From an uncultured Solirubrobacterales bacterium (GTDB taxonomy: Bacteria > Actinomycetota > Thermoleophilia > Solirubrobacterales > 70-9): 64,000 nt of DNA. This document shows, in pieces, positions 16,789-25,357 of this stretch; the stretch's first letter is position 1, and each line of letters starts with the position of its first letter. The DNA lies in assembly GCA_963817065.1 (NCBI GenBank), contig CAWFMO010000002.1:559745-623744 (forward strand), given 5' to 3'. The translations under genes were made by a program, and so were the position numbers. The notes under the pieces were generated by a model that was given only the letters and a program-made list of their open reading frames with translations, did not search any database and had not been told where the DNA came from.

Positions 16789-19700
16789 TTCTTCTTCCTC
16801 TTCAGCTTGATGTTCCCGCTGACGCTGACCGGCGTGCCGCCGCTCGGGGTCACGGTGACCGTGACCTTGAGCTTGCCGCGCTTGAGCCGCGACGGGACGT
16901 TGATCGTCAGGTCGGCGCTCGCGCCACCGGCGATCGGGCCGGGGTCGACGATCGAGACGTTCGACTTCTTCTTCTTGACCTTGAGCTGGCCGGTTCCGAC
17001 GACGCTGCACGTGGCGCCCGCGGGACAGCTCACGGTGCCGATCTTCGCCGTCGTGCTCGTCAGCTTGACCTTGCGCAGGAGGTTGACCAGCGCGGCGCCG
17101 ACCGAGGTTCCCGGGATCGCCTGGACTCCGCCCTGCGCCGGCGGCGGCGGGGTCACCGGCACCGCGGTGACGGCCCAGGTGTATTCGGCGGGGGTCGGGT
17201 CGTCGACCAGGTCGGTGTCGATCGCCTTGACGCGGAAGGTGTGCGAGCCGACGGCGAGGCCGCTGTAGCTCTGCTCCGAGCTCGAGTCGCAGGCGACGAA
17301 GCCGCCGCTGTCGAGCTTGCAGACGAAGCTCGAGCCCGGCTCGTTGGAGCTGAAGCTGAAGTCGGCGTCGGTCGAGGTCGTGCTCGCGGGCGGCTTGATG
17401 CCGATGAACGTGTCCGGCGCGTCGCTGCCGGTGATCGTCCAGTCATGGACCAGCCAGTCGCTGGCGTTGCCGACGTCGTCGGTCGCCCTGACCTCGAAGC
17501 TGTGATCGCCCTCGTCGAGCCCGGTGTAGGTCCGCGGGGATCCGCAGTTGCCCTGGATCGCGCCGCCGTCGAGCCTGCACTCGAAGGTCGCGTCGGGGTC
17601 GGTGCTCGAGAACTCGAACGACGCGGTGGTCGAGCTGTCCGGCGTGTGGGTCGCGTCGTCGATCGTCACGTCGGGCGGCGTCCGATCGACCTCCCAGTCG
17701 TGCTGGACCGGTGCCCCGGCGTTGCCTACTGAGTCGACCCCGACGATGATCAGGGTGTGGACGCCTTCGGGGACGCCGCCGTATGACTTCGGGGAGTCGC
17801 AGGGCTCGGGAGCGCCGCCGTCGAGCGCGCAGGTGAAGTCCGCGGCCTCGTCGGCGGAGAACTCGAAGCTCGCCTCGTCGGAGCCGGTCGGATCGGCCGG
17901 AGCCGAGTCGATCGTGACCACGGGCCCGGTCGCGTCGACGACCCAGGTCCTGGTGGCGGCGGTGCCGTCCGGATTCCCGAACTCGTCGACCGCGCGGACG
18001 CGGAACGTGTGGCTGCCGTCATCGAGGCCGCCGAAGTCCTGCGGTGAGCCGCAGGGGGCGAACCCGCCGTCGTCGAGATCGCACTCGAAGGTCGCGGCGG
18101 GGTCGTCGGAGGAGAACTCGAAGTGGGCGTCGGTCGAGGCGGTGGTCCCGCTCGGCCCGGCGTCGATCGTCGTCCCGGGGGCGCCGGTGTCGGTCGACCA
18201 CTCGTGCGTGTCCGGCGTCGGGTCCTCGTTCCCGGCGAGGTCGATCGCGCGAACCTCGAGCACGTGGTCGCCGTCGCTGAGATCGGCGTAGAGCTGCGGC
18301 GAGGAGCATTCCTCCCAGGCGCCGGGGTCGTTCGAGTCGAGGCGGCACTCGAACGTGACGTCGGGCGACTCATCGGAATCGAACTCGAAGGTCGCGACGG
18401 TGGAGGTGCTCTGCGCGGGCGGACCATCGGTGATCGTCGTATCGGGAGTCGAGAGGTCGATCCTCCACTCATGTGAAGCCGCGGTTCCGACGTTCTCGGC
18501 GAAGTCGGTTGCGCGGACGTCGAAGGTGTGGGTGCCCTCGGTCAGGCCCGGGTAGTCGGCCGGCGACGTGCAGCTCGTGAACGGCCCGCCGTCGAGCGAG
18601 CACTCGAAGGTCACGTCGGGGTCCTCGTCCGAGGAGAACTCGAAATGCGCGACGGTCGAGTTCGTCGGATCGTCGGGGGCGTCGGTGATCGTCGTAACCG
18701 GGGCTGTCGTGTCGACGGTCCAGGTGTAGGAGGCGATCGGGCCGGTGTTGTCTGCGAGGTCGGTCGCGCGGACCTCGAGCGTGTGCTCTCCCTCGACGAG
18801 CTCGGGGGTCTCGTACGGCGAGCTGCAGGTCGCGAAGTCGCCCTCCTGATCGGAGTCGAGGCGGCACTCGAAGGTGACGTCGGGGCTCTCGTTGGAGCTG
18901 AAGGTGAACTCCGGCGTCGTGTCGTTCGAGGGATCGTCCGGGAAGGTGTCGATCGTCGTCAGCGGGTCGCCGCTGTCGATCGTCCACGTGCGGGCGTCGT
19001 CGCCGACGTTGCCCGCCGGGTCGGTGGCGCGGACCGTGAAGGTGTGCGGTCCGTCGTCGAGGCCGGTGTAGTCCTGGGAGCTGGTCGAGTCGCAGTCGAC
19101 GAACCCGGCGCCGTCGAGATCGCATTCGACGTCGGCCGAGGGATCGTCGACCGTGAACTCGAAGTGGGCGTCCTCGGAGCTCGACGGGTCGGTCGGGGAG
19201 ACGGTGATCTGGACGACGGGCGCTGTGATGTCGACGGTCCAGGTATGGCTGTCGATCGGGCCCGTGTTGCCGGCCGGATCGATTGCGCGGACGTCGAATG
19301 TGTGGTCCCCCTCGATCAGCACGGGAGTCTCGAACGGCGAGCCGCAGGGCGCGAAGTCGACCTCGTCGACGGAGTCGAGGCGGCACTCGAAGGTCGAGCC
19401 CGGGTCCTCGTCGGAGGAGAAGGTGAATTCCGGCGTCGTGTCGTTGGAGGGGTCAGGCGGGAATGTGTCGATCGTCGCCGTCGGCGGGTCGGTATCGATC
19501 TCCCAGCTGTAGGAGGCGGGGGTCGGATCGGTGTTGCCGGCGGCGACCGCGCGGACCTGGAAGTTGTGGATGTCGTCGCTGAGCCCCGTGTAGCTGGTCG
19601 GCGAGGTGCACGGGGTGAAGCCGGCGCTGTCGAGCGAGCATTGGAAGGTGACCGGCGCGCTCGTCACCGGTGAGCTGAAGCTGAAGCTCGGATCGGCGGA

Positions 19701-21353
19701 GTCGCTCGGGTCGGGCGGCGATGCGTCGATCTGGGTCTGGGGATCGACGCGGATCGTCACGGTCGCGGTCGCGGTGCGCCCGAAGCCGTCGTTGACCTGG
19801 AACTGGAAGCTGTCGATTCCGGCGAAGGTGGCGTTGGCGGCGTAGTTCCGGTTCGGGCCGCTACCGGTCAGCGATCCGTTGTCGGGCGCATCGGTGATCG
19901 AGTAAGTCAGCGGGTCGCTGTCCGGGTCGGATCCGGTGAGCGTGATCGGGATCGAGTTGCCCGACTCGACGTTGAGCGACTGTCCATTCGCGACCGGCGC
20001 CGAGTCGACGAGGTAGGTCGTGGTCACTGTCCCCGAGGTGCGGCGGATGCCGTCGGCGGCGTCCATGGCGCCGTTGTCGGTGACCCTGCTGCGAACGGTG
20101 TGCAGCCCAGGGGACTCCCCCGTCGTGTTGTGAACCTTGGTCTGGCCGGATGCCAGCGTCGCGCCCGCGCCGGCGATCGTCGTGTCCTCGTAGCCGGCGA
20201 CGCCGTTGCCCGCGTTGCCGTCGAGATCCCATTCGAGGATCTGTGCGCCGCCGCCGTCACCGCTGTCGGGGTCGACGAGGCCGGTCGCGGTCACCGTGGT
20301 GTTGCCGTTGAACTGGGGTCGCGTTGCGCCGAGGGTGAGGCTGGGCGCGCCGGTGCTGTTGACGTCGGCGGTTCCGATCGGGAACCAGAAGCCTGGGTTC
20401 TGGTTCGTGTCGCAGTTGTCGCCGTCGAGAAGCTCGGCCTCGACCACCCAGGCGCCTCGGTCGGGGAACGAGACCGCCACCGCCTTCCTGGCGTTGTCGC
20501 CGTTCTCAGGGCAGGATTCCGTCGCCCCTGTAACTGCCCCCGTCCTCAGGTTGCGGCGCCGCCAGCTGATCCCCTCGAAGTTGGAGTCACCGCTGATGTC
20601 CGGGTCATCGCCGGTGTAGCAGAAGGTCAGGCTCGTGCCGGGGGTGATCGAGTTGCCGAAGTTGCTGCCTGTGGGCGTAGCGCAGCCGCCGCTCGAGAGG
20701 CCGGGCCAGTCATAGATGAAAGCGAAGTCCTCGGGGCCGGTGCACTGGTTGGCGGCGGTGAACTTGACGATCGAGTTGCTGGTGCCGCTGGTCTGGGTCG
20801 CGGAGTCGCGCGCGCGCAGCCCTAGGACGCGGTCGGATGTGCGCCGGGTACCGGAGAGAAAGCCGCAGCTCAGACCGGTGTTGTTGTTGTCGTGGGTGAG
20901 CGTCATGTTGACCCGTGAGCGTGGATAGCCACCGTCGATGGTGGGTCTCGAGCCGCTGACGCCCGTGGTCACGGTGGGGTTGGTCCACTGATCGGTGAGC
21001 ATCGAGGCGATCGAGTTGGGGGCGTCGTGATTGACGAGCGCCGAGATGCGCAACCGGCGGCCGCTCGAGTGGTCGCCGTCGTGGCCGGTGGTCGCGCAGG
21101 AGACGAGCCAGGCTGTCTGGCCAGCGCATCCGGTCCCGGTGTTGACAATCGAGGGGTTGGCCGCGGAGGCAGTGGCGGGAAGCGCGTAAAGGCACCCGAC
21201 CGCGAGCAGGCCGATCAGAGCCCGGCGACCCGGCCGTGATACGCGCGTAAGTCCCGACCCCGCGCAGCGATGCGTTGCGTCTCCCGTGCGGACTGGCTTC
21301 TCTCTCCCGGGTCGGCGACGGGGGTGTCCCCGACCAGACGGGGTTGGTATCAC
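16785..21353 (-). CDS. Giant secreted protein: Cys-rich unknown N-domain + PKD-like + cadherin/Ig-like + 10 two-Cys Ig-like repeats; first gene of the four-gene operon (start uncertain)
   Basis: - 1522-aa ORF with signal-like RPGRRALIGLLAVGCLYALPATASA at aa 41-64.
- The only in-frame canonical start is GTG at 21351-21353; CTG at 21216-21218 is the alternative.
- Codon third-position GC is low upstream of about 21230.
- Ends ...GNIKLKRKKK. Confidence 0.85.
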   Translation of the reverse strand: MIPTPSGRGHPRRRPGREKPVRTGDATHRCAGSGLTRVSRPGRRALIGLLAVGCLYALPATASAANPSIVNTGTGCAGQTAWLVSCATTGHDGDHSSGRRLRISALVNHDAPNSIASMLTDQWTNPTVTTGVSGSRPTIDGGYPRSRVNMTLTHDNNNTGLSCGFLSGTRRTSDRVLGLRARDSATQTSGTSNSIVKFTAANQCTGPEDFAFIYDWPGLSSGGCATPTGSNFGNSITPGTSLTFCYTGDDPDISGDSNFEGISWRRRNLRTGAVTGATESCPENGDNARKAVAVSFPDRGAWVVEAELLDGDNCDTNQNPGFWFPIGTADVNSTGAPSLTLGATRPQFNGNTTVTATGLVDPDSGDGGGAQILEWDLDGNAGNGVAGYEDTTIAGAGATLASGQTKVHNTTGESPGLHTVRSRVTDNGAMDAADGIRRTSGTVTTTYLVDSAPVANGQSLNVESGNSIPITLTGSDPDSDPLTYSITDAPDNGSLTGSGPNRNYAANATFAGIDSFQFQVNDGFGRTATATVTIRVDPQTQIDASPPDPSDSADPSFSFSSPVTSAPVTFQCSLDSAGFTPCTSPTSYTGLSDDIHNFQVRAVAAGNTDPTPASYSWEIDTDPPTATIDTFPPDPSNDTTPEFTFSSDEDPGSTFECRLDSVDEVDFAPCGSPFETPVLIEGDHTFDVRAIDPAGNTGPIDSHTWTVDITAPVVQITVSPTDPSSSEDAHFEFTVDDPSADVECDLDGAGFVDCDSTSSQDYTGLDDGPHTFTVRATDPAGNVGDDARTWTIDSGDPLTTIDTFPDDPSNDTTPEFTFSSNESPDVTFECRLDSDQEGDFATCSSPYETPELVEGEHTLEVRATDLADNTGPIASYTWTVDTTAPVTTITDAPDDPTNSTVAHFEFSSDEDPDVTFECSLDGGPFTSCTSPADYPGLTEGTHTFDVRATDFAENVGTAASHEWRIDLSTPDTTITDGPPAQSTSTVATFEFDSDESPDVTFECRLDSNDPGAWEECSSPQLYADLSDGDHVLEVRAIDLAGNEDPTPDTHEWSTDTGAPGTTIDAGPSGTTASTDAHFEFSSDDPAATFECDLDDGGFAPCGSPQDFGGLDDGSHTFRVRAVDEFGNPDGTAATRTWVVDATGPVVTIDSAPADPTGSDEASFEFSADEAADFTCALDGGAPEPCDSPKSYGGVPEGVHTLIIVGVDSVGNAGAPVQHDWEVDRTPPDVTIDDATHTPDSSTTASFEFSSTDPDATFECRLDGGAIQGNCGSPRTYTGLDEGDHSFEVRATDDVGNASDWLVHDWTITGSDAPDTFIGIKPPASTTSTDADFSFSSNEPGSSFVCKLDSGGFVACDSSSEQSYSGLAVGSHTFRVKAIDTDLVDDPTPAEYTWAVTAVPVTPPPPAQGGVQAIPGTSVGAALVNLLRKVKLTSTTAKIGTVSCPAGATCSVVGTGQLKVKKKKSNVSIVDPGPIAGGASADLTINVPSRLKRGKLKVTVTVTPSGGTPVSVSGNIKLKRKKK
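17163..19745 (-). repeat. Ten tandem two-Cys Ig-like coding repeats
   Basis: Same family as 4836-8402, for example TIDTFPPDPSNDTTPEFTFSSDEDPGSTFECRLDSVDEVDFAPCGSPFETPVLIEGDHTFDVRAIDPAGN. Confidence 0.8.
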
Positions 21354-21373
21354 GAAAGCGCGCCGCTTGTCAA
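21344..21373 (-). promoter_or_regulatory. Candidate sigma70-type promoter for the giant-protein operon
   Basis: Minus strand reads TTGACA (21368-21373), an 18-nt spacer containing TG, then TACCAA (21344-21349). This is AT-richer than its surroundings. It conflicts with use of the GTG at 21353 as start codon, so only one of the two can be right. Confidence 0.25.
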
Positions 21374-21390
21374 ACGAACGGCCAATCCCG

Positions 21391-21419
21391 GCCGCCCCGC
21401 TAAAGCTTTGCGGGGCGGC
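21391..21419 (-). terminator. Perfect 10-bp hairpin immediately after the acyl-CoA dehydrogenase stop
   Basis: GCCGCCCCGC-(9 nt loop)-GCGGGGCGGC. No U-tract, which is common in high-GC actinobacteria. Confidence 0.5.
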
Positions 21420-22562
21420 TCAGAGTCCGAGCGTCTTGGCGATGATCCCGCGCTGGATCTCCGAGGTGCCGCCGTAGATCGTCGCGACCAGCGTCGTGCG
21501 GACGAGGCGCTCCATGTCGTACTCGGAGGAGTAGCCGTAGCCGCCCATCATCTGCATCCCCGCGAGCGCCGCGCGCTGCGCGGTCTCGGTGACGAACAGC
21601 TTCACCATCGATGCCTCCTTGGGGAGCATCCGGTCGGGGTCCTCGTCGGTGAGGCTCGCAACCCACCAGGTCATCAGCCGCGCCGCCTCGAGCTCGGTTG
21701 CGAGGTCGGCGAAGCGGTGCTGGAGCGCCTGGAAGGAGCCGATCGGCTTGCCGAACTGCTTGCGCTCCTTGGCGTAGGCGAGCGCGTCGTCGAAGGCGCG
21801 CTGGCCGACCCCGAGCATCGTCGCGGCGAGGATCAACCGCTCGACGTTGAGGCCGGCCATGAGCTGGGTCCAACCCTTGTCGACCTCGCCGAGCACCGCG
21901 TCCTCTCCGACCTCGCAGTCGCTGAAGAAGAGCGTGTTGGTCTCGCGGCCGCCCATCGTGTCGATCGGGGTCACCTCCATCCCCTCGGCGCCGCTCGGGA
22001 CCCAGAGCATCGTCAGTCCCTCGTGCTTGTTCTCGCCCTTGGTCGTCCTGCAGACGACGAGGACGTGGTCGGAGATGTGGGCGTTGGAGATGAAGACCTT
22101 CTGGCCGTTGATCACGTAGCCGCCGTTGCTCTTCTCGGCCTTGGTCGTCAGCGAGCCGACGTCGGAGCCGGCCTCGGGCTCGGTCATCGCGATCGCCTCG
22201 ACGCTGCCGCTCGCGATCCCGCCGAGGATCTCCCGCTTCTGCTCCTCGGTGCCGAAGCGCTTGGTCGCCCCGGCGACGATCAGCGTCGTCGCGTAGCCGC
22301 CGATCGGCGCCATCCCGCGCGAGGTCTCCTCCATGAAAAGGCAGGCGTCGAGCATCGACCCGTCGGCCCCGCCGTACTGATCCGGGATCGTCAGCCCGAG
22401 CCAGCCGAGCTCGGCCATCTGCTTGTAGATCTCCTGGTTGTGGAGCTCGGTGTGACCGGCGGTCAGCTTCTCGCGCTGCTCCGGGGTCCCAGCCTCGCGC
22501 TTGCAGAAGTCGCGGATCGCGGCGACGAAGTCGTTCTGCTCGTCGGTCAGCTTCACGTCCAT
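21420..22562 (-). CDS. Acyl-CoA dehydrogenase
   Basis: 380-aa ORF with typical ACAD features: AMTEPEAGSDVGSL, GGYVINGQKVFISN, and the C-terminal YGGTSEIQRGIIAKTLGL. Confidence 0.95.
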   Translation of the reverse strand: MDVKLTDEQNDFVAAIRDFCKREAGTPEQREKLTAGHTELHNQEIYKQMAELGWLGLTIPDQYGGADGSMLDACLFMEETSRGMAPIGGYATTLIVAGATKRFGTEEQKREILGGIASGSVEAIAMTEPEAGSDVGSLTTKAEKSNGGYVINGQKVFISNAHISDHVLVVCRTTKGENKHEGLTMLWVPSGAEGMEVTPIDTMGGRETNTLFFSDCEVGEDAVLGEVDKGWTQLMAGLNVERLILAATMLGVGQRAFDDALAYAKERKQFGKPIGSFQALQHRFADLATELEAARLMTWWVASLTDEDPDRMLPKEASMVKLFVTETAQRAALAGMQMMGGYGYSSEYDMERLVRTTLVATIYGGTSEIQRGIIAKTLGL

Positions 22563-22574
22563 GGCGGCGGCAGC

Positions 22575-23489
22575 CTACTGGCTCGGCTCGGGCGCCTCGA
22601 GGCCGCCGTCGGCCGCGTCGGAGCCCTGATCGATGCCGCTGCCGGCCGCGTCGGAGCCCTGGTCGATCAGGTCTCCCGCGTCGCCACCCGCGTCGTCGAT
22701 CTCGGTCTCGACCGCGTCGATCACCTCGCGCAGGTTCTCGGCCCCCTCGTCGAGCGCCGCGGCGACGATCACCAGGGCGACGATCGCGAGCGTGGCGAGG
22801 ATCGCGCCGATGATCCCCGTGATCCGGCCGGCGTGCGCGAGGCCGCGCCCCTGGTCGGCCTTGCCGGCATCGACCTTGCGCATCCCGATCGAGCCGCAGA
22901 CGATCGCCCCGATCGCCATCGGCAGCGCGACGTAGAAGGCGCCGCCGGAGCTGAAGAGGACGAGGACGATCGAGAGCGGGCCGAGGATGATCGCCGCGAG
23001 CGCGGCGATGTTCTGCCTCGAGGGATCGTTGAGGCGGCCGACCTCGGCCGGCGCGGGCTGGCGCGGCGCCGGCCGGGGCTGGCGGCGCCGCGCGGGCGCC
23101 GGCGGCTCGGGAGCCGGATCGCGGCGGGCCGCGGACCCGGGCTGGATCTCGGTCGCCGCCGCGCCCGCGACCGCCCCGCCGATCACGTTGGTCGCCGCGC
23201 CGCCGTCGTGGAGTTCGAAGACGGTGGCGCCGATCTGGATCTGATCGCCGGACGCGAGCTCGGCCGGGCCGGAGATCTGCTCGCCGTTGACCCAGGTGCC
23301 GTTCGAGGAGCCGAGGTCCTCGACCGTGACCGCGGCTCCCGAGTGCCGGAAGGCGGCGTGGCGGCGCGACATCTCAGGGTCGGCGATGACGAGGTCGACG
23401 CCGTCCTCGCGTCCGACGGTGAGCTCGCGATCGAGCGGATGCTCGCCGGAGCCCGCTCCACCCTTGACTACGAGAAGGGCTTCGGTCAA
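22575..23489 (-). CDS. FHA-domain protein with Pro/Ala linker and C-terminal membrane segment
   Basis: The N-terminus LTVGREDGVDLVIADPEMSRRHAAFRHSGAAVTVEDLGSSNGTWVNGEQI is an FHA domain. TM helices IAALAAIILGPLSIVLVLF and ALPMAIGAIVCGSIG. TTG start lies 2 nt from the tRNA. Confidence 0.85.
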   Translation of the reverse strand: MTEALLVVKGGAGSGEHPLDRELTVGREDGVDLVIADPEMSRRHAAFRHSGAAVTVEDLGSSNGTWVNGEQISGPAELASGDQIQIGATVFELHDGGAATNVIGGAVAGAAATEIQPGSAARRDPAPEPPAPARRRQPRPAPRQPAPAEVGRLNDPSRQNIAALAAIILGPLSIVLVLFSSGGAFYVALPMAIGAIVCGSIGMRKVDAGKADQGRGLAHAGRITGIIGAILATLAIVALVIVAAALDEGAENLREVIDAVETEIDDAGGDAGDLIDQGSDAAGSGIDQGSDAADGGLEAPEPSQ

Positions 23490-23490
23490 G

Positions 23491-23562
<72 letters not shown>

Positions 23563-23607
23563 GAGGCGGACAGGGTAGCTAAGCGGGCTCCGGCGGCGGG
23601 CGGCCCG

Positions 23608-23964
23608 CTACCCCGCGAGCGGCCGCACCTCGACCGCGCCGCCCATCTTCGCCGCCGGGATCCGCGCGGCGAGCTCGATCGCCGCGTCGCGGTCGTCGGC
23701 CTCGAAGAACAGGTAGCCGCCGAGCGCCTCCTTGGTCTCGGCGAACGGGCCGTCTGTCCGCATCAGCTTGCCGTCCTTCACGCGCACGGTCGTCGCGGAC
23801 TCCGGGTCCTGCATCCGGACCCCGGGCGTGACCCCCGGGGTCTCGTTGATCTCCCGGTAGCCCTCGTAGACCGCCTTCTGCTGCTCCGGCGAGAGCTTCG
23901 CCCAGTCTTCCTGCCCATCGGGCGTCGCCATGTCGCCGTGGTGGATCAAGAGCATGAACTTCAT
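23608..23964 (-). CDS. YCII-related (DGPF) domain protein
   Basis: 118-aa ORF: MKFMLLIHHGD...RTDGPFAETKEALGGYLFFEADDRDAAIELAARIP, typical of the YCII/DGPF family. Confidence 0.85.
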   Translation of the reverse strand: MKFMLLIHHGDMATPDGQEDWAKLSPEQQKAVYEGYREINETPGVTPGVRMQDPESATTVRVKDGKLMRTDGPFAETKEALGGYLFFEADDRDAAIELAARIPAAKMGGAVEVRPLAG

Positions 23965-24037
23965 CGCTTCCTCCTTGTCGGGGTTGTCGCCTGTTCGACG
24001 AACGGACGGCGATGAATTCGACGTTTGGGCGACGGTA

Positions 24038-24119
24038 TGGGGGAGACAGGATTCGAACCTGTGAAGGCAGAGCCAATGCGTTTACAGCGCATCCCGTTTG
24101 ACCGCTTCGGTACTCCCCC
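24038..24119 (-). tRNA. tRNA-Tyr (anticodon GUA), long variable arm
   Basis: Acceptor GGGGGAG/CTCCCCC, anticodon stem ATGCG/CGCAT with loop CTGTAAA, T-arm ACAGG TTCGAAT CCTGT. Confidence 0.93.
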
Positions 24120-24339
24120 GGAGCGACCGCGCATTCTAGATACCGCGACCGCGACCGCGGACGGCTAGGGCACGACGGCGAACAGCCCCGGGACGACGCT
24201 GCCGAGCACGACGATCGCCACGACGGTGACGAGGAAATTGGTCAGCGTTACTTGGGGTCGCAGCTCGGTCATCTCTTTGGCAATCGGCGGGCCGGCGGCA
24301 ACTCTTTAGCGATGGGCCGCTCGGTGGACTCCGTACCCT

Positions 24340-25353
24340 GTGTCCCCGATGAGCGAGATTTCAACATCCGCCTCCACCGTCCTCCCCGACGCCCAGGCGA
24401 GCCCGCCCGACACCCGGGTCAGCCTCTCGCGCGTCGGCGTGACCGGAGTCGAGAAGGTGATCCGGGTCAACGTCGAGGGGGCCGAGCAGCTCTACTACGC
24501 CGAGCTCGAGGGGGTCGTCGACCTCAACCCCGGCCAGGCCGGCGTCCACATGTCGCGCTTCGAGGAGGTCGTCAACGAGGCGATCGACGAGGTCGTGCTC
24601 GGCGAGGCGCTGCGGGCCGAGAACCTCGCCGCCCACATCGCCGAGCTCGTCCGCGAGCGCCAGGGCGGGCTCCGGGCCGAGGTCCGGATCGCCGCCCGCT
24701 ACCCCGAGACCGTTCCGGCGCCGGTATCGGGCATCCGGACCCAGGAGATCTACACGCTGTTCGGGACCGCGGTCGCCTCCGAGCGCGGCACGCGAACCCT
24801 GACCGGGGTCGAAGCCCAGGGGATGACCGCCTGCCCCTGCGCCCAGGGGCTGGTCGAGGAGAACGCCCGCGCGCGGCTCAGCGAGCGCGGCTTCGACCAG
24901 CAGCAGATCGACGAGGTAGTCGAGGTGGTGCCGATCGCCACGCACAACCAGCGCGGGATCGGGCGCCTATATATAGGGAGGCCCGAGGGCACCGAGACCG
25001 AGATCGAGGCGCGCAAGCTGCTCGAGATCGTCGAGAGCTCGATGTCGAGCGAGATCTACGAGCTGATGAAGCGCTCCGACGAGCTCGCGGTGGTCGAGAA
25101 GGCGCACCGCCAGCCGCGCTTCGTCGAGGACTGCGTCCGGGAGATGATCCGCCAGGTCGCCGAGGAGTTCGACGGCCTCGGCGAGGGCGCCTTCGTGATG
25201 GCGCGCCAGGAGAACCTCGAGACGATCCACCGCCACAACGTGATCGCCGAGCGCTACGGGTTGCTCGACGAGATCCTCGCCGAGCTCGGCTCCGATACGC
25301 ATTCGCGCCACCACACGACGATGCGCGAGTGGCTCGAAGCCCCCGCGGCCTGA
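24340..25353 (+). CDS. folE2: GTP cyclohydrolase FolE2/MptA family (type IB)
   Basis: 337-aa ORF with VGVTGVEK, GVHMSRF, GMTACPCAQ and ATHNQRG motifs, as I recall them for FolE2. Confidence 0.88.
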   Translation: MSPMSEISTSASTVLPDAQASPPDTRVSLSRVGVTGVEKVIRVNVEGAEQLYYAELEGVVDLNPGQAGVHMSRFEEVVNEAIDEVVLGEALRAENLAAHIAELVRERQGGLRAEVRIAARYPETVPAPVSGIRTQEIYTLFGTAVASERGTRTLTGVEAQGMTACPCAQGLVEENARARLSERGFDQQQIDEVVEVVPIATHNQRGIGRLYIGRPEGTETEIEARKLLEIVESSMSSEIYELMKRSDELAVVEKAHRQPRFVEDCVREMIRQVAEEFDGLGEGAFVMARQENLETIHRHNVIAERYGLLDEILAELGSDTHSRHHTTMREWLEAPAA

Positions 25354-25357
25354 CCCG

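Noticed and set aside
16785-16815. The KLKRKKK ending of the first giant protein as a full member of the Cys-bracketed tail family
   Set aside because: It is basic but very short and has no flanking cysteine pair. It may be a degenerate relative, but was not counted among the seven.
4858-21239. Dozens of 60-1100-aa ORFs on the plus strand and in alternative minus frames across 4.8-21.2 kb (e.g. 4908..6287, 6636..8480, 9239..12550, 14056..17268, 18528..19673)
   Set aside because: All overlap the four giant repeat-protein genes. Their products are low-complexity R/G/V/D or S/P/A strings, and their periodicity only mirrors the coding repeats on the other strand.
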